Assembly: GCA_964016885.1 (NCBI GenBank)
Contig: OZ024747.1
Span: 46,996,001-47,060,000, forward strand
Direction of reading: 5' to 3'
DNA length: 64,000 bases
Origin: Eledone cirrhosa
Taxonomy: Eukaryota
This document shows positions 59,414 through 64,000 of the stretch, piece by piece (positions within the stretch are counted from its first letter, which is position 1; the number at the start of each line of letters is the position of its first letter). Below the pieces are notes generated by a model. That model had not been told where the DNA came from, did no database searches, and saw nothing but the letters and a program-made list of their open reading frames with translations. The translations under genes and the position numbers were made by a program.

Positions 59414-60194
59414 CACATATATAAATATCACATATATGTACATACACATATATAGCGTATATTTATACATATATATATCAATGTGTGTGTGTGTGTGTGC
59501 TGTAATATTATATTTGGGTAACATGAAATCCCAGCAGAACACCTATCCTTTATTTTCATCTTCTATGTCCTTTTTGAATAGTATTTCGCGCCAAATTAAA
59601 AATCACTTTAGAGTGACCTCCCGTACATAGAAATCTCCTGTGATTTTCTAAGTAAATAAATATCCGCAATTCAATAAATCATAAAATATCCTTCACCCCA
59701 AAACTCCGCCAAGGCAAAAAAAAAAAAATAACAGAAACAACGAAGGAAAGAAAGAAAGAAAGAAAATCATTTCCTTCCCTTTTTTTTTTAATAAATTCAC
59801 ATCGGAACCGACCCTGTAGACGTACACATGTACAAATATATGTCAGAAACATATATATATTTATATATACAGTCACATATATGTTAAACCGTTCAAAAAG
59901 TCACAGATACAAACTCAATGTAGAATCACAAAACCTATATATACACATATATTTCAATACAAATCTGAAGATATAATTAGATACACAAGACGAAAACACA
60001 CAAAAACACCCCCCGGGAGAGAGAGAGAGAGAGAGGGAGAGAGAGAGAGAGAGAGAGAGAGTGAGAGAGAGAGAGAGAGAGAGAGTATGTGTGTGCGTGA
60101 GATATAGAAAGAGAGAGAGAGAGAGACTAAAAAACATTCATCCATGGGAAATAGACGTCAGATGATATTCCAGAGGCACCATTTTGCGCATTTT

Positions 60195-60489
60195 AAATCT
60201 GATGGCGATCTTTTCATCCTCAGCATATTTGTTCCAGGGGTAATGACAATGTAAGTGTGAAAGAGAAATGTGAAAAAAAATGTGATTCCAGTACATAACT
60301 GGTATTTATTTATCGAACCCTAGAGGGTAAGATACAATGGTGGCATTATAAATCTGATGGAGATCTTTTCATCTTCAGCTTATTTTGTTCCAGGGGTAAG
60401 GACAATGTCAGTGTGAAAGAGAAATGTGATCCCAGTACATAACTGGTATTTATTTATCGAACCCTAGAGGGTAAAATACAAAGGTGGCA
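60195..60489. repeat. Local tandem duplication (~150 bp x2)
   Basis: taaatctgatgg...atacaa(t/a)ggtggca is repeated at ~60195 and ~60349. Confidence 0.85.
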
Positions 60490-60913
60490 GGTAGCGTATT
60501 CTATCAGATCATCTAGAGAATGTGCCAAAATGCTGCCTTACAACAAACTTAACAGCCAATATCACGCAATTCACATACAGTAAATTAGTGAATATAATTT
60601 ACCAGTGGAATATCTAGCAATAATAAACGTACAATTTCGGTTTAACTTTGCAGTTATACACGTATGTATGAATATGTGTAGGTATGAATGTATGTTGTAT
60701 GATTGTACGTATGTATTTTGTATATATGTATGTGTGTATGTGTGTATGCATGTATATATGTATGAATGAATATAAATACACACACACATACATACACACA
60801 CACACACACACACATATAGATATATATATGTGTGTGTGTAATAAACAACACAAGCTCTGTATTATACATAGAGCACTCTTCTTTACTTTAGCTTTTCCAC
60901 GGAAATACTTAAC

Positions 60914-60954
<41 letters not shown>

Positions 60955-60977
60955 GGTGTGTGTGTGTGTATGTATAA

Positions 60978-61014
<37 letters not shown>

Positions 61015-61015
61015 G

Positions 61016-61182
61016 GTGTGTGTGTGCATTTATATATGTATGCGTGGAAGATAGACGTTAAACGATGATCATGATCATGATCATGATGATGATATATATA
61101 TATGTATGTGTGTATGTGTGTGTATGTGTGTGCATTTATATATGTATGCGTGGAAGATAGACGTTAAACGATGATGATGATG

Positions 61183-61221
<39 letters not shown>

Positions 61222-61287
61222 CATTTATATATGTATGCGTGGAAGATAGACGTTAAACGATGATGATGATGATGATGATGATGATAC

Positions 61288-61290
<3 letters not shown>
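61016..61290. repeat. Three tandem copies of gcatttatatatgtatgcgtggaagatagacgttaaacg(atg)n + microsatellite
   Basis: Direct reading. Confidence 0.85.
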
Positions 61291-61332
<42 letters not shown>

Positions 61333-61461
61333 AACGAAGCGCACGCAAGCACAGACATGCACAATCACGCATATACAATTTAATTTAGCATGCTACTGGT
61401 TTTTCAAGAATTTATAGACCGTATGGCTATATATATATACAGACAAATACACATAGAGGCG

Positions 61462-61513
<52 letters not shown>

Positions 61514-61629
61514 CGTGTCTATTTATCTATATCTATATTTCTATATGTATATGTTTGTATTTATGTATTAGAATATATCTAAAAATGCGTACATAGAAAC
61601 ACACACACACATATATATGTATATATATA

Positions 61630-61723
<94 letters not shown>

Positions 61724-61966
61724 ATATACATATATTTATATATACATATATATACATATATATATAATAAAATATAAATAATATATATATATAATATACA
61801 TATGTTTATATATACATATATATATATTATATATATATATATAATATATATATGAATAATATATATATATTATATATATATATAAATAATATATATTTAT
61901 ATTTTATATATATATATATAAATATATAAATATATATGCATATATATATATATATATGATATATAA

Positions 61967-62042
<76 letters not shown>

Positions 62043-62072
62043 ATATATATATATATACGTATATATATATAC

Positions 62073-62130
<58 letters not shown>

Positions 62131-62438
62131 TAAAGTTTGAGTGTGTGTACGTGTGTATTGAGAGAAAATGACAAAATCTGAGTTTATGATAATATTAACT
62201 GTAAGGTGTATCTACACACGCACACACACATACATTTATATATATATATATATAAATATATATATATATATGAAACATTTTGGGGCGTTTTGGAAGCCTC
62301 AACAATGCAGATGGGTAAATCTTCGGGTAACAAGATCCGGTGGTGAGAGGAAATGTAGAATGAGATGTATAGTGTGTAGAGGAACGTAGGAAAGAGCGTA
62401 AAAAATAAAAATAATAACACGAGATAGAGTTACCTTGG

Positions 62439-62574
<136 letters not shown>

Positions 62575-62815
62575 GTTATTCCGGGTTGAATCGGAGGTAA
62601 CCACAGTAAGTAAGGTACTCAATACATTGCAGAGTATAACAGTTTTAATATAGATGAGATTCTACAGGACTAGAACTGTTTCATTCTTTAGATAATTTCT
62701 AAAGAATGAAACAGTTCTTGTCCTGTAGAATCTCATCTATATTAACACTTTTATACTTTGCTATGTATTGAGTACCTTACTTACTGTGGTTACCTCCGAT
62801 TCAACCCGGAATAAC
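62575..62815. mobile_element. ~240-bp fold-back palindrome of two family C 3' ends
   Basis: About 117-bp arms with a few mismatches; the centre falls inside HHR stem II, so the CUGAUGA core is lost. Confidence 0.9.
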
Positions 62816-62820
62816 TTACC

Positions 62821-62854
<34 letters not shown>

Positions 62855-62871
62855 TATATATATATATATTA

Positions 62872-62916
<45 letters not shown>

Positions 62917-62920
<4 letters not shown>

Positions 62921-63031
62921 AACAAGTAAGACCCAGGGGTCTTGCTTGTTCCTATTACCCACTCTACTACCCTAAGTATTGAGTACTTTGGTGCGTTATG
63001 GTTCACCTGGTTCCTTACCACATTTCCTTCG

Positions 63032-63033
<2 letters not shown>
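62917..63033 (+). mobile_element. Short fold-back family B fragment
   Basis: taggaacaagtaagaccc-ag-gggtcttgcttgttccta plus the shared tail. Confidence 0.7.
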
Positions 63034-63085
<52 letters not shown>

Positions 63086-63163
63086 TTGTGTGTGTTTTTT
63101 ACTGTGTGTGTGTGTGTGCGTGTATAGTAAGGGAGCGGGTAATAGAAATGGATGGACACATAT

Positions 63164-63229
<66 letters not shown>

Positions 63230-63400
63230 GTATATGTAAGTATGTGTGTGTGTGAATGTATGTGTGCATGTATGCGTGTGTGGCGCGATTTTGTTCGAAC
63301 TTTGAGGCCACTAGCTCATTTCTCTACATTATATATTTACATTACCCCAGCATGGGTTGAAATAAAATTTGAACGTTCAAAGTTCTATCATGACACATGT

Positions 63401-63439
63401 TTATGCTCAGTGTAAGGTTTTCTACATTCATACAAGCAT

Positions 63440-63470
<31 letters not shown>

Positions 63471-63523
63471 GTACATCTATATATGATAATATAATTCGAG
63501 CCATATATATATACACACATACA

Positions 63524-63586
<63 letters not shown>

Positions 63587-63621
63587 TTGTATGTATGTAG
63601 AAAACCTTACACTGAGCATAA
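63401..63621. repeat. ~40-bp inverted repeat flanking a (TA)n tract
   Basis: ttatgctcagtgtaaggttttctacattcatacaagc / gcttgtatgtatgtagaaaaccttacactgagcataa. Confidence 0.85.
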
Positions 63622-63670
63622 GCATTTTCAATAAATTGTTGCCTGAGATATACTTCACACCTTTAGATAC

Positions 63671-63742
<72 letters not shown>

Positions 63743-63837
63743 GTATAGATAGATAAAATAATATAGATATATATTTAAATACATGTATATAAATATATAA
63801 ATATATGGACACACATATATAATATATATGTGTGTCC

Positions 63838-63869
<32 letters not shown>

Positions 63870-64000
63870 GCGTGCGTGTGTGTATATGTATGTATATATA
63901 TATATATATACATGCATGTGTGTATATGTATGTATATATATATGCGTGCGTGTGTGTATATGTATGTATATATATGTTTATATATGTACACACATACACA

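Overview
AT-rich, microsatellite-saturated animal genomic DNA. It is probably a coleoid cephalopod such as Octopus; this is inferred from the tRNA-derived SINE family and the (TA)n load, not from a database search. Nearly all entries in the ORF track are artefacts of translating (TA)n/(CA)n repeats. The real coding sequences are retroelements: one apparently intact Penelope-like element (PLE; RT + GIY-YIG ORF 16736-19177, element 16322-22911 with identical 125-bp pseudo-LTRs), a truncated relative upstream, two decayed PLEs of other types joined head-to-head (30467-33960), an R4/Dong-like LINE remnant and a Tc1 remnant. Helitron-type non-autonomous elements, many SINEs and a block of G/T-biased minisatellites (50-54 kb) are also present. 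The main unannotated signal is RNA structure: I read about 20 hammerhead ribozyme (HHR) motifs by eye, in about 11 sequence families, almost all in small islands embedded in (TA)n. The most striking is a non-coding, highly self-complementary 312-bp unit with one HHR per copy, arranged as a near-identical tandem array with an internal inversion (26035-28187). This looks like a retrozyme-like circular-RNA retroelement probably mobilised by PLEs. Many islands are fold-back insertions of PLE 3' ends. No host gene can be called with confidence; there is one candidate exon at 45309-45454.
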